From assembly GCA_013239625.1 (NCBI GenBank), contig MU054662.1:14311798-14375797 (forward strand): 64,000 nt of DNA, written 5' to 3'. Below, in pieces: positions 48,571 through 59,975 of the stretch. Source of the stretch: Lama guanicoe. Its lineage: Eukaryota. The translations under genes and the position numbers were made by a program. How positions within the stretch are numbered: position 1 is the stretch's first letter; each line of letters starts with the position of its first letter. The notes below the pieces were generated by a model that was not told the DNA's origin, ran no database searches, and saw only the letters and a list, made by a program, of their open reading frames with translations.

Positions 48571-51500
48571 GGCGGTTTTCAGTTTTCAGAAGGAAAAAGA
48601 ACATGAGTCTCAGAGAAGTCATTCGAAGCAGCTCACTGGCTGAAATAAACACCTCAAACCATCCTCTTCAGCCAAGGAGAGGCCCAGAGGTGTACCCTCT
48701 TGGTGAGGGAGGACGCGGTGCTTCTGTTCCAGGGATCACGGCCCATTGTCCCCTCCTCCCTCCTCGGCCCCTCTTGCCCGGTTCCCTGTGGTCCCAGCCC
48801 GGAACTGCCCCCTGGCCAGCCCCACCTGCAGACACGCAGGGCCCACAGGCTGGCTTCACCCCCCAGCGGACCCCGACACACCGCCTCGGGCTGGGCGGGT
48901 TTCTGTGTGCCCGTTTTCTCTCGGAGCCCCCTGCTGCAGTGACTGCGTGCTGGAATTTCACGGGGCTCAGCTCTCAGTCCAACTCATGGACAAGGCACTC
49001 TGGCTCTTAGAGGGACCTCCCAAAGAGCAAATCTTCAAGAAAAAGTTGGGATGCTGGGCGGGAGGGAGTCTGCTCAGTTCCTTCCCTGTACCCGCTTTGG
49101 TTGGGGGCACACAGGGCCCCACGGGGATCTTGGCCCCAGGATTCCAGCCCCCAGTGAACTCAGCAATTCTCCACTCACAAAATGTGAAGCACCTCAGAGT
49201 TTCAAGATAAAGCAAAACCTACCTACCCTAAGGAAAACTTAGATGCCCGCTTGTAAGGGGGACCACCCCCACGGTGTACGGGGTCGTCCCATACGGCTCA
49301 AAAGGAAAATTATACAAATGGGCCAAGGCTGAACAAACAAAAACGGGTAATCTGCATTTCTGAAAACCTGCCCAACAGCTCATCAATAGTGCTCAGCTCT
49401 CCCGAGCCCCCTCATGACCTCCCGCTCCGTGCATCTCCCACAAATGACAAGTCAGCGTCTGACGGGCACCTCTGACAAATCAGCGGCCACACGGTCTGCA
49501 CCTCTGTCCTCTGAAAGGAACAGTCTTTGAAAATAATTTAGGGTATGAGGGAGGGAGGGTTTCCTAAGGGAACAGCCAGGACAGATTAAACAAATTATGT
49601 CAGAGTGACACACGCACTTACCTTGAGCTGCGCATGATATAAATTCTTAATGTCTCCTGTTACTTTTTTAAACTTTGCTCTTTGTCTTGTGGATGGTTGC
49701 CCGCATCATGATGACTGTCTTCAGACTACTGATTCCTCAAAGTCAAGTCTTTGGCTCAAGCAACAACTGTTATTTTAAAATGTGAAAAAGTACATGATTC
49801 TGCACGTTTGTCATCAACATGGTGAACAGGACCCTCGGGAAGACAGCATGGCTGTCCCCCTGCTCGCCATTCCTCTGCTCCCCAACCCTTGCTTCTCGAG
49901 TGAAGAGAAACTTGGGGGAAAGCTAATGAAATTCAGCGATACCTGGAGTGGAAAGGTTAAGGGCAGGGACCCTCCTGCCCCAAGATCATAAAACCCCTGA
50001 CGGAAGCCCTGGGGGTGGGGAGAGGTGTGCCGATGGCGAGATGTTCCCAATAATTAGGAACAGACGGTTCGTAACTAGAAAAGCAGGCAGGAGAAAATAT
50101 TCATCAGGGACGCCTGATTAAGTGTGAGAAGAAGTAGGGCCCTGAAGCTGGGGTGGACAGAGAGCCGGGAGCCATCTCAGCCAGGCTATGGTAGTCGCCG
50201 AGGGCGAGGGCAGCACGGGGTGTCAGAGCTCACACACGTGTGCCCTACAAGTGGTGTGTTCCACGCGTTTAATTCTGGGCACGAGGTGGATGCCTGCTAG
50301 ACTCTCATGCACGACCGTACTGGACGATTCAAACATAAAGGGTCTAAAGCCAGACAGACGCCTTCCTCCCAGCTGGCCAGACCGACTGACGGCTCCGTTC
50401 CCTCCAGTGAGAGCCCGAGGTGTGAGCTGCAGGCTGGCGCAGCGCTGCAGTCCCACCCCTTCAGGGGGGCTCACACCCCCTCTGTGTTTCTCCTTGGTCG
50501 CGCTGTTCCGTGGTATTTTTAGCTTGGCTTCTTAGCAGTTTCTCAAATGCTTTTCAAGATGCTTATGGGCACATGTTGAGAACCACATAGTACAAAACGG
50601 GGGGCTCCCCCGAAACCCGCCCCCAGCATCTTCACTCTACAGCCCCGCCCACGAGGGTCTCCATCTTGTTCTTGTCCCAGCCTTCCTCTCTGCCTTGTGT
50701 GGGTGCCAGAAGCCCAGGCTGGCTTTACCCTATAAATCAACCTGAGCCTTGGCATGAAATGAAAGAGAAAGCTTTTAGAGATATTACTTTTCTGTCATTA
50801 GGCAAAGAGTCATTTCTCCAAAAGACTAACCACCTTCATTTGACTTTAGGGGGCTGCGCAGATGGCTTATGAGTGGGGAAGTTCTCATACGTCAGCTCAG
50901 CAAGGGGCACTAGACTGGAGGCGGAGTCCACCCTTGCTGTGGCCTTGCCTGTTTGACACCCATGGAAAATGCACGAGGCTGGGACCCCTTTCCTCTCTGT
51001 TTACTGAAACCGTTTAGGAAACACGGCAGCAAAACAAGTGGAAGATAGCTGGACAGACTTGGCTGATGTTAGGAGAACGCGCCCTGTCTCAGGAGATTTA
51101 GAGGCGCCTGGACGGTCTTCCACGTACCAAGCTTAACACCAGCTTCCCCTGCGGGAGCCGAGAAGGAGAAGAGACAGCTCACAGCCATTATACCTCAAGG
51201 AGAGGGTGGGGTGAACTGCAGGTGCGTTGGGGGGAGGACATCAAGGAAGGAGTGACTTTAAGTGACAAACCCGTTATTGCGTCTGGATTTCAGGCTCCTC
51301 TCCTGGCAGAGAAGGCGTCGAGGTGAAAACCTTGAAGACCCCTCCAGCCTCGGACCCTGTATCGTGCTGGAGGTCTTAACCAGCTTGAGAAGCATTTGAT
51401 TTTCTGAATGGTGAGTCCTGGGGTCGGTGAGATTGCCCCATTGGTGCCTGGCAAGTCGGTTCTCTCAGTCGCTCACGGCAGCCTTGGACTCCTCTGACCC

Positions 51501-53239
51501 CACAAAGAGCAGACCACGGCCAGGGAGAATGTGAGCTCTCAGAAAACCCACCTGGCGGGGGTTAGAGGAGAGGGTGGCGGCTGCGGGGACAGAGAGAAGA
51601 AAATATGGGAGGAGAACCAAGACCTTCCTCTGAGAAAGCTGCCCATTTGGGGACCTGGAGGGGCTGGAAGGGGACCTGTGCAGACGCCTGTCCAAGGAAG
51701 AGAGAAGATTATGTCAGAGGAAGATGTGCAGTGTTTTTTCCTGCTCCTGACAGATCGCAGGAGACCCCATCATGGCACTCCTGCCGGGTCCTCAGTGTGC
51801 ATTTGGACACGAGGCAGATGGCAGGAGGGCGGACCCCCACCCCCACACATAGCAGTCCCTTGGGCTGGAAGCCTGCAGGGTCTCAGACACCTGTCCCCTT
51901 TGTGCCAAGTGCCTGTTCTGCGTTGCCCTCATCATCTGGAAATCCCCCCTCTGTGTCCTTGGAGCAAGTCTATCGGCTCAGGCTTGAGTGTACAGCCTGG
52001 TCAGAGAGCATCATGCCTGGGCTCCACGCGTGTCCACCCTCGCCTACGAGGACTCTGCTTTCCCATGTGCCAAACGGCGGGCGTCCAGCGGGTGGATCTG
52101 CCCTCCCTGTGGCCTCTTCTCTGGTCAGCCTTCTCTTGCTGAAGTTAAAAAGTCAGAACCATGGAGCATGTTAGCCATGTGGCTGGCCCCAAGTCACGGG
52201 GCGGGATAAAGTGCCCGTTAACCAGACGCTCCCTGTTGACGGGGCTGCTGCCACCGGCCTCTCTGAGCATCTCCGTCACCTCAGACTCGGTTGTCACAGA
52301 AAGGTGTCCCTGCCTCTCGCCACCTGGACACACATCTTGCTTCTGTCTGTTTTGCTGGCTGCTGTCTTATTCCCTCCCTTGCTGGTGTCTTAATTTCCCT
52401 CTCCTTTGACGGCTGTTCAGCCGCTCTTCTGTTCAGCTCCGTGGTGTCGGGGCAGAAGGTCGGTGCTAGTGACACAGCGTGCAAGCGCAGGACTGGCTTC
52501 TGGGTGGTCAGAAAGCCCTCTTCCCTCTTCGAAGCTCGCTGCCATTTCATTGCTTTGCAGGGCCTTCCCTTTGGTGGCTCCCACCCCTGCAGGTACAATA
52601 CACACCCCAGGAGAGCGGCGTCCGGCGGCCCGTTGCTGCCAGCAGGGTGCGGCCACGACAGTGTTCCTCCCCGGCAGGAAGGCGACTCGGCAACAGCGGG
52701 GCTCGGGGGCGGCCGTCCGCTCTAGAACCGGAGGGCCCGGCAGCCTGGTGCTCTTAGAATGTCTGCACGCCCTTCTCTGCGCGTTTGAACTTGGTGAAGC
52801 TGCCTTCTCCTCCGGAGCCTCGGTCTCCTGATTCGTGACAGAGGTCTCCGAACTGTCGGGGAACAGCCGCCTCCGTCTGCTGACCAAGAATCAGGGCGTG
52901 TTGGAGAGAAAGTGACTTGGGGTCAGTGTTCTGACCTGAGCCCCGTGACCACCAACCTGCCGCGGGCAAGTCGAAAAGTGAGGACCGACTGGCGAGAGGT
53001 GTAGACCGTCCACTTGGACACGCGGCTTAAAGGGTCTTGAAGACTAAATGTCGTAACTTGAGCCACGCGTGTCTGTAAGGAAGCTGCCCGAGACTCTGAG
53101 CCCCGTGTTCTGACGGTTCGCAAAGCTAGTGCTTTAGCAGACCCACAGGTCCTGAAGCTGGGGTCTGATCATCCGCAGTTACAAAATGCGGCGTTTATTG
53201 AAAACCTACTGTGTGTCAGTCTGCTCTTTCCCTAGAAAG

Positions 53240-53400
53240 GCGTGAACTACAGGTGGGCCGTATCTTTTAAATCACGAGAATATAAGCGCGCATATGCGGA
53301 GCTGCAATCGGTGGAACCAGAACTGGACCTCCCCGCGTGCCCCGCCCACGCCCCGCCTTCCCGCCCCCGCCCCCGCCAGACTGGGGGGAGGGTGTTTTAA
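53240..53400 (-). promoter_or_regulatory. Candidate orphan promoter (GC-box cluster plus TATA-like sequence) in a CpG-rich patch
   Basis: Four tandem CCCGCC boxes at ~53340-53377; on minus they are followed by CCGATTG, CTTATAT and TTTAAAAG. Confidence 0.35.
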
Positions 53401-54247
53401 ACCCCAGGCTTTTCCATCTCAACCACACGGAAGGCGTCCCGAGGCCGGGCCTTCCGTGGAAGCCGCGGTTTGGGGGCGATGCCTGCAGGAGGGGCCTGCG
53501 ATGGCCCTGGGCGAAGGGGCACAGCTCAGAGCTGCCGGCGGCAGACAGAGGGCACGGCTGCGATCTAACCCATCACCTGGCCAGCACCCCAGTCTTCGCT
53601 TCCCCTGGGTTCCTCCCCGGTTCAGAGCTGAGCCAACTACAGCTCCGAGAACAGCACGTTTACCCAGGTTTCCAGTCCGTCAGAGGACAACATGCAGTGG
53701 GAACTGAGAAGGCCTGGGGTCCTGAGCAGACGCCGAGACAGAACCCTGAGCTGCACACCCCACGCCGGCCGCGCCTGCCTGCTCCCCCCAGAGTGGGCGC
53801 CCGGAGCTGGGAGGCAGCTTGCAGGGGGCTGGGGAAGAGACCTCTCCCCCGGGAGCCGGTTATTCTTTTGCTGCTTAGCTTGTTTTTGGAACAAACCACT
53901 GGTGCAATAATAGACATGAAGGCGCTGGAGTGAAACGTCGTGACAGGAGGGGTTCCCGCTGGCAGCTCAGTCAGTGGCGGGATTTTTCCCCGGTGTCCTC
54001 TTGCTCATCCCCTGCCGGACAAGGGGACGAGCCCTCTCCTCCCCTCCCGCCCTGTCTGCCCACCAGGAAGGGCCAGTCCTCATCGCCGTCTTCAATGACC
54101 CTGGATCTGCTGCCCTAGGAGGAGGTCTTAGGGCCCCCGACCCCTACCTGCTTTTGTTTGGTTTTCTGGAGTGTGTTGGAGGGAGCTGTGGTTCTGGGGC
54201 CGGAAGGGACTGAGAGGTTGTCAGGTTCAGTCTTCTTGTCTCTTGTG

Positions 54248-54259
54248 AGGTCAAGGTCA
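54248..54259 (+). promoter_or_regulatory. Perfect nuclear-receptor DR0 element
   Basis: AGGTCAAGGTCA. Confidence 0.45.
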
Positions 54260-54679
54260 GTGACTGGCCACATTCACACAGCTGGTGCACAGCGGAGCAG
54301 GGCCCACATCCGCGTCGCTGACCTTCTCTGCTGCAGGGCCCTTCCCTCATGACACCCTCCCCCCGGAAAAGGCCGGTCACCAGGAGCCCAGCCATCTGCT
54401 GGGTGGAGAGATTTCCAGGAGGCTGGACCCCTGCCCAGGGCTCATGGCCTTTTCCTTCTCCCGGATGGGGCAGGGGCAGCCTTCCCTGAGGCCCTTCCCC
54501 TCAGCCTGACATGTGCAGGTTACCCGGGGACCCTCCAGTGGTCCAGCAAGCACCACCCTCTCTGGACCTCTCCTACCTCAGGTTGGCCTGACCCCCCCCC
54601 ACCGCTTTGTTTTGAACTCCCTTCGTCTGGGTCCGTTATGGCCCACGTGGGTCCATCACTGGTTCACTTGGTGGCCTCC

Positions 54680-54800
54680 TCACTTGCCTGAGCAGTGCAC
54701 AGGGGCAGAGACCCTGTTTTATGCGACGTGCACACCCAGCGTCTGGCATAGTGCCCGGCACAGGGCAGGTGTGCAACCGACGTTTGCTGATCATGTGCAG
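54680..54800 (+). mobile_element. L2 3' end fragment
   Basis: GGGGCAGAGACCCTGTTTT...CCCAGCGTCTGGCATAGTGCCCGGCACAGGGCAGGTG. Confidence 0.6.
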
Positions 54801-57105
54801 AATTGCTCACGCTGCCAGCGGGGGTCTGGTCCACAGAGGAGGGGGCCCCACTTCTGGGCAGTGAGCCCCCTGTGCGCTCCCAGCCGGGGGGGAGCATGTC
54901 TGGGGGTAGGGAGCAGCTGTGCGGAGTGCAGAGTGGAGAAGCACGTGGGGAGGAGGAGGCACCGTGGGGGCGGGGGGTAGCACTCTTGGGATCAGCTGTG
55001 GGAGGGTGGCGATGACTAGTCCAAGTGTAAGGGAGTGACAGCCGCCACCAGGAAAGCCACGAGCCACCCTGGGTGCAGGGAAGGCATGACTTCACGCAGA
55101 GCTTTGAGTCATGCAAAGTCGGGGGGGGCTCATCCAGGCTCCATGTCAAAGTGTCACCCCTCTGGGTGTCCCCCCTCTGCCCCAAGGCTGTTAGGCCAGG
55201 GCAGACCTCAGAACACCTGGGAGGGACGCCTGAGGGGGTGGAGGTGACAAAGGGTTGAGCACACCCACCAGCACTGTGGGCCATGTCACCAGTGGAGCCC
55301 CCGCCCAGATGGGCCCGAGCAGCAGTGGGAGGCCCGGGAGTCGGACCACCTGAGTTTAGCCATGTTCCTCCACCTATGAGCACGGTCTTTCACAGACCAC
55401 TTCCTCTCGAAGGTGCCAGCTCCCTTGTCTGGAATCCCAAGGGTATGTTCTGAGTCTACCTGCCACTCCAGCTCCCTACCCAAGTGTGAGCCTGTGTCCC
55501 ACCTGCTGTCCTGTCGGCTCCTGCCCCCAGAGGACAGTACTGCATCTTAAATGCCTTGTGGTCAGATTCATCAAAGGTCTGGTTGTGGCAGAAATTCACC
55601 ATAAGTGGATTCGAGGAGGACAAGGACAGAACCCCAACATCCCAACATCGCACTTAAGGAGAGGATGGACGTGGAGATCCTTCCAGCAAGGGAGGCGTGT
55701 TCTGAGCCCCGGCAGGTGGAGGGACACACTGCGGCTGGCTTGGTCTCCCTTCGGCTCCGTCGTGCTGGGGGCACAGTGAGGAACCCCATTCAGACTCTTC
55801 CCCATCTCGGCGCGGGGCAGACACAGCACGTTCACCCCTCGTCTGAGGAGCCACCTTCTCCCCAGAGGAGCCACCTTGGCTCCGAGACCTTCCTCTTCCG
55901 TCTCACTCTGCCCTCCCCAAGTCAGCAGCTCTGTCTGTGCGTGAGCGCTGTGGTCCATGCAGTAACTGGCCAGCAGCTGCCGTCCTGCACTTAAGTGGGG
56001 AGGGTTCCGTGTTCTCTGCGCTGGTAGAGGTGTGTGAGGAGGGGGCTTTGGGGGGAAGAACTGGGCCCCTGGAGGCCCCTCCTGCCAGCAGGTGTGAGCG
56101 CTGGGATCTTGGTTGCTTGGCTTCCAGTCTGACGGTTACAGCTTCCTGCCTGGAGGGCTCTGTGCTGGTCGAGTGCTCTGGATGCAGTCTGTCCAGAATT
56201 CAGACAGGCCCGGGGCCCAGACCTGCCAAGGGACCGCCCTGCAGAGAGTGACCTGTGCTCTTCCCAAGGTCATAGCAAACACTGAGGAATGAGGAAGGCT
56301 GTCGGGAGCTACAGGCACCTGCTGGACAGGCCAGCTCATGGCGACAGGGCCCAGGACAGTCAGGTGGTCAGGGGTGGTCTCAGGCAGGACGGAGCCCAGA
56401 GACACCCCCAGACCAGGGAGCATCTCTGCGTGGGCCCTGCGGAGCCCTGACCCCCTCACCAGGGCCCTGGGCTCATCTGGGAGGTCAAGGAAGTGGCCTC
56501 CCTGACTTTGTCCGTTTGCAGCTCACGTCATCCGTCTCTGCGTTCTGGCCGCCGCAGAGACCCTCGTGTTCCTTCCTGCTGGCCGGGGTTTCCTACTTCT
56601 CCTCTGGGGTAAAGAAAAGTTAAGAAAGAATGAGGCCCTCTATCAAGGCGTAAGTTGTCACAGCCCCGGCCGGAGAGGAGCACTGACGAGTCCTCCAGGC
56701 TCTGGCGTCGTGATCGTTCCACCTTCTGCCCCTCCGGGTGCTCACTGTTTCCTGACCTCCAGTTTCTAAGACCCCGAGCCCAAAACAGAAGCAGGACCAC
56801 CTAGGTCTCCTCAGAAGCCAACCGGCCGTCTCAAGACACGTGCACCTCTCGAGCCTTCTCCAGGGGTGGCTGCCAGTGTTAACACAGCCTCTTTCATTAA
56901 ATATGTATTGTGTTCTGGGGCAGTTTGCATCTCGCGTCACCCACCTCGTGGTTCCGTTGTGGCCACGATGCTACTGTAAACCTGGTCCCAGACGCCAGGT
57001 TTCCTTACTTCTGTCTGGAACGGGGACGAGAGTCTGAAGAAAAGTCACTGCTGCTTCTTTCAAGGCACATGCGCGGTGCTGCCCCTGCCCTCCCTGCTCT
57101 GCAGC

Positions 57106-57134
57106 CGGTCCCCACGGTCCCCACGGTCCCCACG
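57106..57134. repeat. 9-bp tandem repeat (CGGTCCCCA)x3.2
   Basis: Perfect units at 57106, 57115 and 57124. Confidence 0.9.
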
Positions 57135-57442
57135 AGTGGGCGTTCCCTTCTCTCCCTACAGGTGAGGAGACCGGCTCAGAGAGGCTGGTCCCCTGCGAGG
57201 GTTCACAGCCAGGTCTCCTTAACTGTGCGGCCCGCCAGCCTCCCGCGTCACAGGCATCCCCGGACCCCCACTTCTGATGTGGGCACATCGCTGCTTTGCC
57301 TGTCCGGGGCCCGGGCAGTGTCCCTGCTGGGCCCTGCCCCTCATCCTCAGAAAAGACCCCCAGCCTCCTCGCATGACCAGTGGGAAATTAGGGGAAACTG
57401 TGATCAAAGCCGCCCAAGAAACGCTGCTTTTTAAAGTGCCTC

Positions 57443-57715
57443 TGAGTCAGTCCCCTCTTCCGCCAGCCTCCTCGACCAGCCTGTGGTGCGGCAGGTGAGG
57501 CAGCTTCAGCCTGAGTCAGCGATGACTCCCAGGGTTTCTCCTCCGCAGATGAATCACCTCCAATTACGGCTCCTGACTGCACACGAGTCACTCGCAGCGT
57601 CACCTCCGCTGTCTGACCCTCGCCTCCAGCCGTCCAGCTGCCTGTTTGTCCAAGATGCTGGTGAGTTCTGCACTTGCCAGAGCCCAGAAAGGAAGCCGGG
57701 CAGACAGGTGACTCA
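57443..57715. promoter_or_regulatory. AP-1 site cluster (candidate enhancer)
   Basis: TGAGTCA at 57443 and 57512, TGACTCA at 57709, plus the variant TGAATCA at 57550. Confidence 0.5.
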
Positions 57716-58999
57716 AGGCTGAGCACCCACCCCCCCGCCTCACCATCTGCTCTCAGCTCCGTTCCTTCAGTGCAGGGGGAAGGGGTACGTGGATCTGCTC
57801 CCCCAGGGGCCCGCAGCGGACTGCAAACCCTCCACTAGCAGATCCGATGGGACCTTGTGTGTCTCCTCAGCGGAGATGAATAAAGCCACCATTTCCACCA
57901 TCACCTTTCCTATAGAGGATGCCACACAGCCTGCCTGGCCCCAGAGGGTGTGTCAGGCTCCCCCGCAGCCCCCCCCACTCCCCTCTCTGACCTCCTGTGA
58001 ATACCTGCCTCCCTTCTACCTGCGAAGGAAGCCTGGGGCAACCAGGCCCCTGCTGCCCCCTGCTCCCTCCCTCTGCGGAGTTCCCAAGCACCCGCACCTT
58101 GGCAGCTGACCCAGGCTCATGGTACCGGGAGGCACCATGCCACCTACCCACCTGGGGTGCCACACCGGGCTCCCTGCCCTGAGCTGCCAGCAGGACTCTG
58201 GGTGCCAGTGAGGGTGCCTCTCTGCAGCGTGGGTCAGGCTACAAGAACCCTCCTCAACAATGCAGCACCAGTGAGGGTGGAGACTGCACCCGGCGTGGCT
58301 CGGCCCCGGCGTGACAGTGGTGAGCCCAGAAAACCCCACGGGGTGGCATCTGGGCTCCAGAACCAGGCAGAGCCATGGTCAGACCCTACTCTGACTCTGG
58401 CTCTTCTGACCGTAGGTGCGGTTCGCCTCCTCTTTAACTCTCGTGCCTGTCCTTCCAGGCAGGACTCATCAGGACCCTGCTTGTGCAGAGAGAGCAGAGG
58501 CTGGGCCAGACTCGCAGGCTGGGGCGGGTGGGTGCCCTGGTCCGGGCCCTGCCCTAACCCTCCACTCGGCTGCCCCTCACCCATAACCTTGGCTGCTACG
58601 GCTCTTGTTTCTACATTCTCGTCCCTAAAAGGCAGCAGTAAGAGAATTTCCTCCCAGTTGGTGTGGGGGTGACGGGCACTGTGCTCAGTGTGTGTGACCA
58701 CCGCGCTCGGAGCCTGGGCACAGCAGGCATGGGGTCTGTAGTGACCCCGGGCAGAGCTGCAGGCGGAGTTTTAGGGCAGGTGTTTAGGGTGGCCTCGGGA
58801 GGAGGACTCCAGCCCCTAGTCCCAGAGGCCCACAGCGGGGCAGACAGCGGGTCTTGGGATGCTGTTGGGGTCCCCAGGCTGCACGCCGTTGCCGCCCCCT
58901 CAGCTGCACTCACCCCTTCCTCTGTCCGCATCTCTCAAGCCTCCCGATCAGCCAGTCCCTCAGATAATTCTGATTCTGAAAGCAAATGGCCGTGTAATT

Positions 59000-59150
59000 A
59001 TGGATCTTACCCACTGGGGACCTTAGCCTTCGCTGACAGTCAGATGAAAACTATACACTCATTCCGCAGAAAAATCCACATACACCAAAACATACAAACA
59101 TGTTCTTAGAAGTCCAGGGTGACCGTCCGACTCCAAGTTCAAAAGCCACA
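59000..59150. mobile_element. hAT-Charlie-type MER DNA transposon remnant (family not assigned)
   Basis: CAGATGAAAACTATACACTCATTCCGCAGAAAAATCCACATACAC resembles a small eutherian hAT MITE. Confidence 0.4.
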
Positions 59151-59246
59151 TTTCCGTATCATCAGGAAAGAGCCTGTGGTCACCCTCATGCCTTCTCTGA
59201 CGCACACACTCCCTCCTCCCCCAGTCTCCTCTGGACACTGTCCCCG

Positions 59247-59256
59247 NNNNNNNNNN
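59247..59256. other. Assembly gap (10 N) next to a poly-C run
   Basis: Run of N followed by a ~18-nt C homopolymer. Confidence 1.
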
Positions 59257-59299
59257 ACCTGCCCCCCCCCCCCCCCCCCGCAGCAGAAGCCAAAAAGTG

Positions 59300-59456
59300 G
59301 TTGCCATGGCAATAGTGACAGTGGTTGCCAAGGAGCAGGAGGCCGGGTAGGGGGAGGCAAGGGGGCCGCAGCCCAGGAGGGCAGCCCCCCCACCCCATGC
59401 AGGCCTGAGCACCTCGGGCCCTGGAAACGGTGTTCCCAGCTGGCCGCCATGACAAC
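59300..59456. promoter_or_regulatory. RFX X-box cluster
   Basis: GTTGCCATGGCAAT (59300-59313), GTTGCCAAGG (59324-59333), GCCGCCATGACAAC (59443-59456). Confidence 0.55.
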
Positions 59457-59834
59457 GGCGGGCTTGGGGAACTGTTCTTCGCATCTGGACAGATTCCGCA
59501 GCCCCTGCTTGCTCCTTCTTCTCCCCAAGTGGCTGATTGGGGTGTGAAGGGCCTGCTGGATGCAGAGGGCAGAGGGCAGAGGGCAGGACAGGGTCCCCAG
59601 GAGGCCAAGCCACCAGAGATGGGCCCCCAAGCAGAGGACCAATCCTGGGACACAGGATGCTTGTCCCCTTCCAGGGGCTCGGCCCCTCCTCCTGGGGAGC
59701 TCAGGCTCCTTCCCAAGGACTCGTCGAGGAGGGAGACCTACTGGCTGTGCTCCAAGCGAGCCGGTGGCCGGCGGGTGGGGCACATCCGGCAGAGCCAATC
59801 GGGACACGCGGGGACGCTGGGCTCCACTGCAGTC

Positions 59835-59975
59835 ACTCATTTGAGTGGGCCCCTGTCCTCTTTCCCAGACGGGAAGCCGAGGCCTAGAGAGGGCAGATCA
59901 CTGACCATGTTGTGCCGCCAGGAAGTGGTGGAGCCGAGCCTGGGACTCGCCCTGTCTGCCTGCAAGTCTGCAGGG
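59835..59975 (-). mobile_element. MIR fragment
   Basis: CCCAGACGGGAAGCCGAGGCCTAGAGAGGGCAGATCACTGACC...GGAAGTGGTGGAGCCGAG. Confidence 0.6.
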
